A stretch of 58,000 nucleotides of DNA, filler included, from Circinaria calcarea (GCA_051942165.1; 7 parts of 7 records of this genome joined end to end with filler, not necessarily neighbours in it); one strand, 5' to 3'; shown: positions 12,251-24,970, numbered from the whole stretch's first letter. A program made the numbers and translations. The notes: generated by a model not told the origin, from the sequence alone.

Positions 12251-12647
12251 TAGGCGCGCTTCCAGTGATCTGCAATTTAAGCATCCAGCATCGAACCCAT
12301 TACTTTTTGATGCACGTAGTCACACTGCAGCTTCCATTATCGGCCCAACACAGCCTTCTCGTTACATAAATGCAGGGCGATATATTTGATGGAGATCAAA
12401 TGTGGGGATGTGGCGTCGCTGCTCAAGAACAATACTAGGTATCGTTCTCTGCCATGTTGTCGGGAAAACGAGCTAGGACAGTCTGATCGGCGGTGGTCTA
12501 TCCACGGAGGGATTGAAATTTATCTCCGTCCTCGAAAATCCATATTATATAAGCTATACTTTACCAAGAGTTGCTGCCTGTCAAAACCAGAAAACTATTA
12601 AGTCCTGGACCCAAAACCGTCAGTCCAAAATTCGGAGTTATAATAAA

Positions 12648-13791
12648 ATGGCTGTCGTAGAGGCTTCTGATCGCGACTTTTATATGTTAAATCGAGAATT
12701 CCGAGAATCCGCAAGGTATGTATTTTGCGGTCTGAATTATTCGTGGAATTGATGTCAGATCTAATTCTCGTAGGTTGTATCTCCAGCAGTGGCTATGGCA
12801 TTCTAGCCTGGGCTATAACCTCCATCCCTCCGTTTCAGTTTCAGATTCCGAGTTGAAAGTTGCCGATATTGGGACAGGAAACGCGTAAACTGCTCCTTCT
12901 CTCCCGATATAAATTTTTATGACGATGGGTCTAACTACGGGCTATTCTATAGATGCTGGCTACTTGAGTTAGCCCGAGAGGTTCCTGCCAGTTGGACGCT
13001 TGAAGGTTTCGATATTTCCGCTGCACAGTATCCGGCTGTTGAATATCTACCGAGTAACGTTTCATTGAAGACCTTGGACGTTTATGCCAAAACATCAGAG
13101 GACCTTATTGGCAGATTCGACATTGTGCATATTCGGGCTTTTACCGTCGTTGTAAGAGGCGAGGATACTGCGTCGTTGCTTAAAAACGTGATTGCAATGC
13201 TAAGTACGTTCTCTCTCAGGTAGCGATTGAGACCTGCTCTTTTTGAGAAGCTTACCCTCCGCTGCATCATTTTGTTAATATCTGACACGGTTAATAGAGC
13301 CAGGTGGATACCTGCAATGGGATGAAGTAGATGCCGGGTCCTTTCACCCTGAAACACCCAGGGCTTCCATCTCAACTCAATGCACTGATGAACTTCTACG
13401 CGAATGGAAGAACTCTTGTGCAAAGGCGGGTATGGGCTTTGTGTATGTTATACTTCCTTACTCCGCCATTCTCTCTACGTGCTAAAGAGTACTTCTATTC
13501 GGGCACAGCTGGATCTCTTCACTCGATGATAGTTTTACCTCTCAAGGCCTCGAGGTTGTTGACTCATTCCGTATCGCTCATCGGAACGACCTCAAGAAAG
13601 CTTTTAGTGATAATTGGCTAACGGCTTTGGAAGAAGCTGGGGTCAGTTTCACGTCTCGAGGAGGAGGTTCCGGACCATTTGCAACAGCGGATGGATTTCG
13701 AGAGTTATTCAAAAACGTAGTCAAAGAGACACGGGAAGGCGCTGGGATAGCACTTGATCTTATTGTCGTTCTAGGCAAGAAGAGGGCCTAA
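12648..13791 (+). CDS. Class I SAM-dependent methyltransferase (LaeA/UMTA-like); exons 12648-12715, 12774-12884, 12953-13203, 13298-13442, 13509-13791
   Basis: YMLNREFRESARLYLQQWLW...KVADIGTGNACWL...LEGFDIS...GRFDIVHIR...LKPGGYLQWDEVD; splice sites are canonical and in phase. Confidence 0.88.
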
Positions 13792-13976
13792 ATCTATCGA
13801 CTAATAGTTCCCCCTCGAGCCTGTTAATCTTCAGAGCCGAGACCGGAATTTTATGTCAAAACCACTTATTTCATGAATAGAGGCAAGCCATTACATTGGC
13901 TGATCGTGCTGTTCACCTCTTTAGATGCCTTTCTTGTTATACATTCATATGGATATCACTCATTCACTCCCATCAG

Positions 13977-14167
13977 GGCGGTATCGCTGCATCGGCAGAG
14001 AGCTGGCGCTAATGGAGCTTCGAAGCGTCGCCGCTTCGCTCATCTATGATTACGACATCAGCTTCGCTCCGGGGGAAGACGGCGTCAATGTATGCAAGAA
14101 TATGAAAGACCACTTCACATCGCATCCTGGCGTTTTGAACCTCACATTTAGCTCCCGTCAGTTGTGA
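13977..14167 (+). pseudogene. Orphan terminal exon of a cytochrome P450
   Basis: A cag acceptor precedes GRYRCIGRELALMELR (heme-Cys motif)...YDISFAPGEDG. Only about 185 bp separate it from the methyltransferase stop, leaving no room for the rest of the gene. Confidence 0.8.
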
Positions 14168-14270
14168 AATTAGGTCGTGGGTGGGATGCTAAGAGGGGAT
14201 TTGGCTTGTATTTGTGAGCGTACCAAGCTTATCACGCTTTCGTAAGAGGCGCTTTTCTTGCTGCTCATCC

Positions 14271-14375
14271 TGTTATGCGAGAGGAGGAAGGAGCAGGCTT
14301 TAAAGCCTTTGATTAGTCAATGATAGAATAAGTCAATTCTATCACTATTCTCTGCATGCTTGCAATCCCGTGACA
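14271..14375 (-). mobile_element. Short LTR (105 bp), same family as 5266-5387
   Basis: Reverse complement reads TGTCACGGG...agaatagtgatagaat...ggcttta...cctgctccttcc...CGCATAACA. Flanks catcc and acggg differ, so there is no TSD. Confidence 0.7.
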
Positions 14376-16552
14376 ACGGGCATATGGCGATAGGTCCTAA
14401 GCCCTGCCACTTGGAGACTTGAGAATTCCCTAGGAGGGTAGGTCTGCGTTGCTATTGTTCCTAGGTTTTATAATAACGAAGAATGTCCTGCAGTATAACA
14501 GAGGAGATATCACCATCATTTGGAAGCCTTTTAATTCCCGTATCAGCACAGTAGTAGAACCAGAGATTGCTGGTCCTCGAATTACGGGATTCTCGTGAAA
14601 GAATAGAATAGCGATATACCTAAATGAACATTCAGGCCTCGAGACAAACATAGAACACGCCAAATCCCGACGTTGAAACCCTTCCTTAAACCTCCATTCC
14701 ACATAGGATTCCACAACCCGTCCTGCTCGAAATCCCAATGACCTTTGAGGGCAGAATACCTGCCGAGCCTGCCAACAGTGTTAATTAGTACATTTACCCG
14801 GTCGCGCTATCTCCTGTTAAGGGGGTTTCAACTTGATAGGTTTCTTATGCGTTGCAGTGCCTTCTTCGCTTGTAGGGGTTCCTTTGGCTATGGACTCTAT
14901 GTTTGAAGTAAGACCTTTTTCTACGTGGGCGACTTCCCTCGCGGAGATGGTCTTCCTTAGTAACGGTCCTCCCTCTGCCTCTCGGGCTTCCTATGGGCGT
15001 ACAGCCTTCTTCGCATGTGCCGTCTTCCCTGCTTGGACGGCTTTCCTCATGTGAACGATCTTTCTGCTCGCGATGTCTTCTCTAATAGTAAGGTCTCATT
15101 ACCCATTGTACTTTCTTCGGTCCTAAGGGCCTTCCTTATAAGCGCTACCGGCTTTACTAATGGTGCTTTCTTTGCTCGTGATACCTTTCTTATTCGTGGT
15201 ATCTCCCTTGATATTAGCAGCGTCGACTTGTCCCTCCAGTGATTTTCTTGCGGCTTTAATTAGTGGAGGATTTGAGAAAGCTCTAAAGATAGGTGATCTT
15301 CTTAGGGTGACATTTCTTCGGCTTCTCTGGAATGAGTACCCCTTTGCAGGTGGTTTCTTTGTAGACGTCTCATTTGCCGGGGTTCCCTTGAGGGCGCGGT
15401 CTCTACGACAGTGCGTTTCGTTGGAGCGGGCTTGGCAGTTATCTTGCCTCCTGTGTGCTTGACGGTGGCTGCGTCATCGGCGGCGAATTCAACGCCTACA
15501 AGCTGTATTTAGCAGCCTTTCCGATGGCCATGTCCCTCCTCCCAGCAGCTATATCCGCAGTAGGGGTCCATTGTAATCGGGGATTCTCCTAGCTCTTGCA
15601 GCCGCTTTTCTTAACTCTACTCGAGTGGCGTTCTTGCCAGCAATCCACCTTGTAGGTATCTGAATTATTATTCGCTTTCCCGTTGTTCTTTGTGACCTAG
15701 GATTTCCGGGAAGTCCCCTAGCTTTTCGATCGGCTCTTTCCTAAACCGCAATAGACGCTACATTGGCTTTCTCCCTTGGAGTCATCCGGTTCCTAGTTGC
15801 TTTAGCAACTTTGGCCGAAGTTTTTTTGCAGGGCTGCTTGCTGGATAATAGTACTCGTAATGGCGAACTTGTTTTTTGCAGGTTGGGTGGCCTCTTTGAG
15901 GGTTCTCAGCACGAGATCCTGCCTGACCGTTAAGACTGATATACAAAGCAAGATGGAAGTAGTACAGAATCACCTCGTTGTTCCATTGTTTGCATTGGCT
16001 GTGGTAATAGGCAGTCACCCCGAGAAAAGTGGTGGTAGAGGTGCTCTCTATCTTGAAACTTATGTTTAGCGCAATTTCTTGCAATAAATATAGATATTCA
16101 TTCACCAAACACTATCTAAAATAACATCGAGGTTTATCTCTCTCTCTCCAGTGGACGTGGAGTTTTACGTATATCACTTCAGCTTCATACCCCGGATTCG
16201 TGATTTGGCCTCTATTCTGAAGCCGGTTCATTGTTCGCTAGGTCTGTCTCATAGTTAACAATAAAATCCCGCGATTGAAAGCTCGCCAGAATTGTATTTC
16301 GGACACCGCGGGCTGCATAGTTTCTATTTTCTAATAGAAGCATCTTCTTCCTCATACTAGGCTAGTGTACATATTTGTCTACTGACCGACCGCCGGAATC
16401 ACGACCTTTTGGCCCGTCCAATTCTCTCACTCGCAATTCCGCCGCCCACCCCCCTCAACCCCGACTATGCTCACGGTTCTGAGCTCCTACCTCCCCCCTC
16501 AAGATGATTTCCTGGCGCATTGGCTTTTCCTCCTCAGTTCCATCTCCAACAC

Positions 16553-16652
16553 NNNNNNNNNNNNNNNNNNNNNNNNNNNNNNNNNNNNNNNNNNNNTTAA
16601 TTAATTAANNNNNNNNNNNNNNNNNNNNNNNNNNNNNNNNNNNNNNNNNNNN
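16553..16652. other. Artificial contig spacer
   Basis: N44-TTAATTAATTAA-N44. Confidence 0.98.
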
Positions 16653-16804
16653 ACCCCTTTTCAGTTTAAAGCGCTCGCTTGCGGAGCCCGAAAGTCACGC
16701 AGGTCAAATTTTTTTCCTGATTCTCCTAGCTCGGCGTAATGGAGGGATAAACGTGCAGAGAGGGCGGGGGTCGAACTAAAAATACATGGCTGACCATCCC
16801 CAGG

Positions 16805-17060
16805 CACACACTGGTTTGCACCATCGCCCCGCCCTTGGTCCTCATGGCCCGTATCCTAGTCCCGTAGGCAAGACGGATCCGGCAGTGCACGTTTTCTCTC
16901 TCGATCCCTGTCGTCTACACCTAAAGCTGACAGCTAACCAAAGGCCAGTGTTCCCTCGATCACCTGGTCATCGTCGATATGGATATTGGCATCATCGCCG
17001 CCAGTCCGGTTGTCATTCGTCCATGCTTTCACGCCATCTACAACGGCCGTCCTATGACCG
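16805..17060 (+). pseudogene. Heavily deleted PTH11-like (fungal rhodopsin-domain) gene relic
   Basis: Fragments LVCTIAPPLVLMARI and (ITWSS)/DMDIGIIAASPVVIRPCF resemble TM1 and TM7 of this family. Confidence 0.4.
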
Positions 17061-17635
17061 TGGGGGCCCCGCGCAGGACTGTTGATAACTTTAAGGGACT
17101 ACAAATTACCCTTCTAAATAAAATCGAGACACCCATGAGGGAACACAAAATCATAAAGAACTGTCGATCTTGAATTTAAAAAAGCCGATTTGATTATTGA
17201 CAGAAGGTTTATTTTTGCGGAGCAAATGAGTAACCGCAAAAAGATGCATGAAGCGGGTTGCCACCTAATGCTTGAAAGCATAAGAAGTGATAGAATAGGT
17301 TTGATAAATGGGAAAAATCACAAACATAATATAAGATTTGGATAATACCGGAGGAGTAAATTTGATTTATTTGTAAATATATAACTAGACTTGCATAGAG
17401 ATGCTCTTTTTTAACAAGAAAAAAAGCTACCTTTTTTTGCCATTATAGAAAAATTCGTCCTGCTTGCGAGGGTCCTAGATGATAGAATAATCACTAATAA
17501 CTCTTATGTTCATATTGGAGAGTATGGCAGGGGCCAATCAAAGACGATGTAAGCGCCATGCCACCGTGTTTTTATTTACCTCATTTATTGGCAGCCCGTA
17601 AGTTCTAGGCCTTAAACTTTCACTTTATCAAACCT

Positions 17636-19519
17636 TTATAAGCTTAGACACCTCCAGCTATTTGGAAGAGTATGGTCTCCTCCCACAAACGTGTTCCGTA
17701 GAGGGTATCTATAACACAATTAGCCCGCATTATCATCTATGATTTATAAGAAAAGTACTGCCTGACCTGCAATGTCTACGTTGAAACGCCACTCCTAGGT
17801 TCACACTATCATTCACAAACTTCGTTCCCTCAATCGTATCCGGCGCCACTCCATTCTCCACCCATTCTACCAAGGCCGCCAGTACATTATTCGAACTTTC
17901 GAACGGCACCCCAGCAGCTGCAGCTCCACCGCCTTGGCCCAGCACCCAGGCCCCCGGACCCGAGTTGCAATGGAACATGCCGGAGATACGAAAGAAACGA
18001 AAGAAGTCGTCGAGTTCCTGCGGATCAGCATTCATACCGCGTGAAAGATATTTGTAGAACCGTTCAGTGTTGAAGCTTGTAATTTGATTGTCTTGCCCGC
18101 CGTGAAAGATGATAATCTTGCCGCGTTTATTGCGGTATTCGGAAAGGTTGGCTGGCCATGTCCTAATATTTGAGGGATTGAGAGCCTCCGCGACGCTGGC
18201 GTCATAAACAGTAAAGGTGGAAGCATCCCATGCTGGATTGTTATAGACAACATATCTAAACCAGTCCTGTAAATTCGAGATCAACAAAATCTCAGAATAT
18301 GATTTTCGTGATTAATACCTCGGAGTAACTGAATGGCTTCCCAGCATAGAGCTTCTCTACGGCCTTGATCTCACTACCTGGCTGCATCGAGGAGTATATC
18401 AGTTTGCCATCCTCTCCATACAAAATACTATAAATCTTCCGGACCACCTCAACTTGCGCATGCGTGAGGCAATTCCCAACTGTGTCCTTCACGCAGCGCA
18501 ATGCTTCGGGACGGAAGTTACACGAGTTGGGATCCTCGATAATACCGTCCACGACTCCATCCAGGCCATCACATTGATTCAAGATTTCATTGTGGATCAG
18601 GGTTGTCCAAGTTGATGCTGTGATGAAATCCGATGAGTTGCTGGAGCCACTGATAGGAAAGAAGCTAGCCCTCCACGACGCTAAGTTATTGAAATCGAGG
18701 GCTGGAGAGCCGGCTACTATGCCGTCAAAATCGGCTGGAAACATTTCCGACGCTTTGATGCCTTGACGCCCACCAAGAGAGCAGCCCAGGTAGTAGGACT
18801 TCTCATGAGCCTTTTTATAAAAAAGCTTCGTTAATATCTTGCCAATAAGCACACTTGTATGAAGACTATTACGATGACCAAAATCAGCATCACCGGTGCT
18901 TGATCGATCCAAGGGCAGGGTTGAACTTCCAAAACGAAACATGGGACTACTCACGATCTCCAAGCAAAGTCGGCAACAACGTCAGGATTCCGATAGAAGG
19001 CCACCCCCGTAGTGCCATTATGACCGTTGTTGGATCCATAAGAGGCGAAACCGTTCTGAGTCGCGTATGCTAGATCCTCGTATTTAATACCTGTGTTGAC
19101 ACGTCAGTACTAGTCCCTAAACACCAAATATCGCTGTCTATTGCTTCGCAACGGTTAAAAGAAGACCAACACCCGTCTATGCCTCCATTCCCAGTGCCTA
19201 AAAGTCGACCACTCCATTGTGTCGACAACCACAGTTCATACGTAATGCTTGAATGGCTAGAGGTGGGGATCAAGAGCGCGACTCGGCACAGATCAGTTGA
19301 GATAAGCTGACCTGGCCGAGCACATGTGGGATCGTTGTGTGGGAAAGTGAGGGTCGTGCCGGCTGGAACATACTCGAGAGCCTGACGCGTACTGTTGGAA
19401 ATGTAGGCTTCTGGTGTGAAGGACAGACATCTCTCCCGGAAGGCCTCCTCCTCGTCCTTGGTGTGTACCAATAAGAAGAAACATATTACCGTACACACTA
19501 AGACAAGACGGAGAGCCAT
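17636..19519 (-). CDS. Secreted tannase/feruloyl esterase family protein, multi-exon
   Basis: Signal peptide MALRLVLVCTVICFFLLVHT; motifs LGTGNGG, SYYLGCSLGGRQG (nucleophile Ser), DFDGIVAGSPA, FHGGQDNQI and SGMFHCNSG; last exon YPLRNTFVGGDHTLPNSWRCLSL*. Confidence 0.93.
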
Positions 19520-20093
19520 GTCACGGATGGTCGACTACCTAGTGAGTACCTTGGTACAAGCTAAAGTTATTTCAAGGTCGGACTAGTGAAAAATACAAGG
19601 GGAAGCTTCGAATGGCGAGCCAATCATATGCTTCTTCGTTCCTAGGAGTCACCTTCAGGGTCTTTGGCCACTCCTGACGTCAGGAATCCTTTAAGGAAAA
19701 AGAATACCATTGTAGGTGAAGTCTGGCGTGTGTGGGATAATTCTATTAAGCTTCCGGGGAAACTTGGGAGCTGATTTAGGGGGCCGGCCAATGAAACCCA
19801 AACAGAAAAGAAGTTTTTCGGGAATTAAAAAAAAATGTCTTTCCGCTCTGAGAACGAGACTGGAACAGGAGATTGGTATTGTCCTACACCAGAAGGTACA
19901 CACGGCCCTAGGATTGCGAGAAGCGAAAACCCTCGGCCGGTGCTCTAAATCCTCATCCTCATCATTATCTTCATCAAAAGGGTTTCCGATTTCCATGCCG
20001 ATTCCAGGCAAGCCCATCCATCCGCCAAACAACCCTTCCCCCCCGATCCAAAGAGTTGATATGTACAAAACGTTCTCCGCAAAGACTCGTGCA

Positions 20094-20770
20094 TCATCGG
20101 TCCTCCGGCTCCGGCGTCCGTGCACTATCCTCCCATTCGACCTCATTCCGCACCAGGATCGCATTCATTGGGATCCGCCACTCCTCCACCTCGCCGACCC
20201 CAACGCCGACGCCGGATTTCCTCTTCGTCTCGCTGATGCCTGAGCGGCGATGGTGACTATCAAATGTCCCCGATCGTCGGCTGCTACTGTCGAATGTGCC
20301 TGATCTCCGGTGATAATTGCCTTCACCAACTCCCACTTTCTGATTTTTCCCGCCGCCGACGACGTCGACGAAAGAGTAGGATTCCGAGTGAGGTCTCTGC
20401 GCGTCACTGTTGCCGACGATCGTGGTAACAGAGTACTGACTCGATTGCGGGCGGGTCTAAGGCTGGGTATAGGTCTTCGGGAGGGTTTGCGGGCTAGAGA
20501 GATCGATGCCGTCTTCGATGCCGTCTTCGATGGTGAGATCGAGGGACTTTTTTCGGTGGTGGGACCATGGCGGTTGGGTAGAGGGAGCTTGCGCATTGAT
20601 CTGATCTTCGGTGGTGGATGCGCGGTTATTGGAGGGGAGGTGGGCGATGAAGGGTTTGAGGAGGGGACGCATGCTGGGGAGGTAGGCGCTGATGACGCCG
20701 ACGTTGGGTTCGACAAGCAGGGAGGAGGTCAAACTCCACGCCAGATCCAGCGGGTTTGTGCTGACTGACC
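20094..20770 (-). pseudogene. 3' exon of a PTH11-like integral membrane protein with a premature stop
   Basis: LDLAWSL...VEPNVGVISAYLPSMRPLL is TM7 with the usual Cys replaced by Tyr. In-frame TAG at 20457-20459, then the same frame continues to IPMNAILVRNEVEW. No upstream exons found. Confidence 0.65.
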
Positions 20771-21454
20771 TGGGGGTGGGTAGAGCGAGTGGTGAAGTTC
20801 TAGCTCAGCAACAGCTCTGGACAGAAAATCATTTAGCCGGCGGGGGCCCTTAATCACTGCTTATCAATCGCAGCATGGCTACACCTGACTTGTCGAAGCA
20901 CACGACCCGATGAGAGGCACAGGGCAAGGTAGGCAGGGCCGATCGAATATGTATCCTATACCGAAAGTCTAATCCAACCCTAGTTTGATCAGACGAAATA
21001 GTCCTGCAAAACCTTTTGTCTTCTGAAAATCGGTATACGGTAATCCTACAGGCATATCGAGTACCTACGGCTGAAGCCAGAACGACTCTAATAGAAGGTA
21101 TACCACACTGGTTAATTCCCGCTATTTACTGAAATAGTTCTGCAGGCGGATAGAACACTCCAGACTAATCCAACCCTACAGTCTCCTACCGGACGACAAG
21201 GTGAGAGATATTGGCCATTTCAGCCGAAGGGAGTGGTGTGCCGTGTCATAAGGCTGCATGAACATTGCAGAGCGACTCCCTCCTCGCTCGAACTCGGCCA
21301 TCTGCGGCCATGGTACTCTATAATCCTTCCTCGAGAATCTGAGCTTCGCTGGTTGGGCCGTAGATCTCGCTTGTTCTACCGGCATGATGGTGGCTGTCAA
21401 AGCTCAAGCTTGAAGCAACATGGTAGCTCTGACTGTCAGCGACGTGCAGCATGC

Positions 21455-22110
21455 TAAGGACCCTGAAGCCAGGCGGAATAATTATGATTGGCTCTATCCC
21501 CTACCATCAACGAAGCTTGATTGGCTCGCCATTCGAAGCTTTCCTTTCCCGTATGAGGACCCTTTTTCCATAACTTGTCTCGCACTGGCCAGATGTTAAA
21601 AATAACTTTAGAGTTTAAGATTGAGATCCACGAATGACAATGGCCCTCCGTCGCGCTCTAGCGTGTACGGCAACTTGTCTCCCCCTTAGTGCACACCAAG
21701 GAGGAGGACGACGACGACAACGAACTTTAAAGAGAAACATCCTATCTCTTACACCTGAAGCAGACGTTTCCAACAACACCCGGCAGGCTCTCCAATATGT
21801 TCCAGCCGGCACGGACCTCACGCTTTCCCCTCATGCGCCCGGCTAAGTCAGGTTATCTCGGCAGATCTGGTCGTGTTGCGCTCTCCGTACCCACGTCTAA
21901 TCATTCAGATGTTAGGTACGAACTTTGATTGCCCACGCAACGGAGCGGTCGACTCTTAGGCACTAGGAATGAGGCCATAAACGGATGTCAGTCTCCAACG
22001 TTGCGAAGCATTTAAACAACGGTATCCGAGAACCGACGACTAGCACTGATAAGCAACATACGTATCAAATACGAGGATTTGGCAGACACGACGCAGAATA
22101 GATTCACTTG
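21455..22110 (+). pseudogene. Inverted partial duplicate of the tannase gene (promoter, exon 1, intron 1, start of exon 2)
   Basis: MALRRALACT...LTPEADVSNNTRQALQYVPAGT...SGRLLGT...IKYEDLA with frameshifts and stops. 21518-21541 is the exact reverse complement of 19603-19626. Confidence 0.85.
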
Positions 22111-22315
22111 GTGCGGATAGGACATATATACGCTAGAGCTGTGAGGTTTGGATTTCTTTTCCTTTGGGATGGGGGATACGGAGCTAAGGGCTGAGGAAGA
22201 GGAAGAAGGAAGAAAAATGAAGGGGAAAGAAAGATGAGGCAAGAAGGATAAAATCACCAAGGTTGGACATTGAAAGTAACTCAAATTGTGAACAGGATGC
22301 TTTCCAATCCAATCT

Positions 22316-23884
22316 CTAGGAGATTTTGCCCTTGCGTCCTACTTTGAGTTGCTTTTTGCAAGAAGCGCAAGCCATCATGCTACACGTAGGACATTGCAAG
22401 ATAAAGGAGTAAAAGTCTTGTGAGCAGACAGCGCAACGATTCTTCCCTTGCACCTTTGGCCAGAAGCCGGAATGAACGCAGACGCCATATCGGGTGTTCG
22501 TGTGACTGTCTCGGGCACCTTGGCTTGACATTGCAGCCTCTGTCTGACGTGCTGGACCTCTCCGTCTGGCGCCTCCTCTTTCTCGAGGAAGTGATTCTTT
22601 ACTCTTTGGTGTGGTCTCTTTTACATTCTGCTTCCGGACTCTTGCCGATTCTGCCTGCGCCTTTGCTTCTCGCACCTTGTTCAGCAAAGCCTCCATAGCT
22701 TCCCGCTCCTTCTCCGCCGCTTTCGCCTCTACTTCTCGCACCTTCTGCAGCAAAGCCTCCCTAGCTTCCCGTTCCTTCTCTGCCGCCGCCCTCGCAGCCG
22801 CCGCTCTCTCCTTTGCCTTTTCTCTGGCAATCTTTTCAGCGGCTTCCTTTTCCTGGAACGCCTTCGCCCATGCTTCCTGTTGCTTTCTTTTCCTCTCCTG
22901 TTCCTGCGCTTCTCTTTGTTCTGCCGCTCTCTGCCTTTCCGCAGCTTCCCTTGCCTCTTGAGCTTGAGTCTCCCTCTGTCTTCTTCTCCTCTCTTCTTCT
23001 TGTGATTGCCTTTCCTCCGCCGCTCTCTTTCTTTCCGCCGCCTCTTTAGCTTCTCGAGCTCGTGTATCCCGCTCCCTTCTTACTCTGTCCCTGAGCTCAC
23101 TCTCTCGCATTATCCTCAGTTGGATCTTTTCATCTTGCTGTAGCTTTATCCTTTGTGCCTCCAACAATCCGATCTTGATGCGTTCACTCGCGAGTTTCTG
23201 TAAATTCTCTTGATCTCGTTTGATTTTCTCACCCTCAATGTCCTCGGCCTTTTGACCCCAGCCGGTCGTCACGTATCCCCACCATCCCTTCTCATTCTTC
23301 TCTTTCTTCTCTGACCTTACTCTTTCTCTAGCAGCCTCCTCAATAGCGCTTATCTGCTTTTCTACCTTGGCAAGCTCTTCCCGAATGTGCGCGATCCTTC
23401 CTCCCTCCCATTTTTCTTCCTCCGCCCGCTTTCTCCTCGCTTCTTCCCTTTCCCTATCCTCTTTCTGTGATCTCTCTGCCGCCGGCCCCTGACTCTCTTG
23501 TTTTGCTCTTTCCCGTTCCTGCGAGCGGTAGAAATCCTTCCACTTCGACTTGATACCCGGATACTTGGCATTATAGAGAATCCGTCGAGAGTCGTCCTTG
23601 AGCGTGTCATGTGCTTCGTTGAGCTAAGTAGAAAAAGGAAAACGAAAAGTCAACCCCAGTTCTAATACCCGCAAAAACAGCAAAACATGGAGGTGCTTTT
23701 TTTTTTTTTTTACCGTACAAAATGCCCCGTGAGCATCCGGATCATCGGGGTTCTTATCCGGATGCCGCAACAGACTCAGCCGCCGAAAGGCCCGTTTCAC
23801 GTCGTGCGCATCGGCTCCCTCGTGGATCTCGAGGACGGCGTAATAATCGACCTCGAGCGGTATAGACATGGGTGACTCATTCAC
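22316..23884 (-). CDS. DnaJ-domain protein with long charged coiled coil and C-terminal Cys/His zinc-binding motif; exons 23884-23714 and 23623-22316
   Basis: DYYAVLEI...VKRAFRRLSLLRHPDKNP (HPD motif) | LNEAHDTLKD; E/R/K/A-rich middle; CVH..W...CAVC...CPTC...CASC at the end. Confidence 0.88.
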
Positions 23885-24451
23885 TATGCAGTAGAAACCT
23901 CCTGGCCCCTACGGAGTAGCCTGATGTCTCTCTCGAGGCTGCCCGACGAGGGAGTGGGAGCGGGGAGAGGTTACACAAAACGCCCTCCCCTCCCCTCCCC
24001 CACTTCTTCGCTTCCTCACCATTCGACAAACGCCCAATGGTAGGTTGGAGGGTCAATAATACCTTGTTTACGGGGTAATGTGGCTGGCCTAAAGCTTTTG
24101 TAACAGCATACACACTCTTCTTTTAATATATTGAGCCCACGCTACCCACGAAAAGGTGTACTGTAATGACTCAACTCCCTCCGCATCCTCAAAACGGGAA
24201 TGTCACAATCAGTGTGCAGTTCTGGAGGTACGGGGTTTCTATGCAGTCTTGGGCCGGGGAAAAAAAGGGTAATAGGATGCCGAATCGTAATATCGAGTAT
24301 ATTCTCACAACGGGAAAAAGAGACTTGTAAGAATCGAATGTGTGGATAATCTAATCCACAGATCCACCAGAGCTAGGTATTTAAAAAACGCCGGCCAGTT
24401 ATTCCATTGATGTAAAATATTTCCCCAATCTAGGTTAAGGTATGCATGTAC

Positions 24452-24851
24452 TCAAGTAGCCCTCTTTGCAAATTCAACTCGGAGGATCAAATGACCATAA
24501 CCGTCTGTATACATATTAGCATACCCGGACATTTCATCGCCAAAAGGAAATCAAACTCACATCCATCAATCTTTTCGCATGCCTTTGCAGCATCTGATCG
24601 TTCCTGGAAGCTGATGAATGCAAAGCCTTTGGCTCGGCCGGTGTCTCTGTCTTTGGCCAGGAATACCCTGGTGACACGGCCGTAGCGTTCGAAAATCTCT
24701 CGAAGGTCTTGTTCCTCTGCGAATTCGGACACCTACCATCCATCATCAGTAACAATTCACCAGAACAGTGTGCTCTTGCCCCTCAACTTACATTCGTCAC
24801 CCGCAATGTTGCCAGATCATCTCTCTCGTACTTCCCTCCCATCCTTTCCCC
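24452..24851 (-). CDS. TIF35: Translation initiation factor eIF3 subunit G, 3' part (RRM), cut by contig end
   Basis: [58 protein letters not shown]...|[17 protein letters not shown]. Confidence 0.95.
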
Positions 24852-24951
24852 NNNNNNNNNNNNNNNNNNNNNNNNNNNNNNNNNNNNNNNNNNNNTTAAT
24901 TAATTAANNNNNNNNNNNNNNNNNNNNNNNNNNNNNNNNNNNNNNNNNNNN
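24852..24951. other. Artificial contig spacer
   Basis: N44-TTAATTAATTAA-N44. Confidence 0.98.
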
Positions 24952-24970
24952 CTTCTGTATTGTGGAATTG

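Noticed and set aside
19691..20768. Several overlapping long ORFs on both strands
   Set aside because: Alternate frames and shadows of the GC-rich PTH11-like relic; no independent motifs
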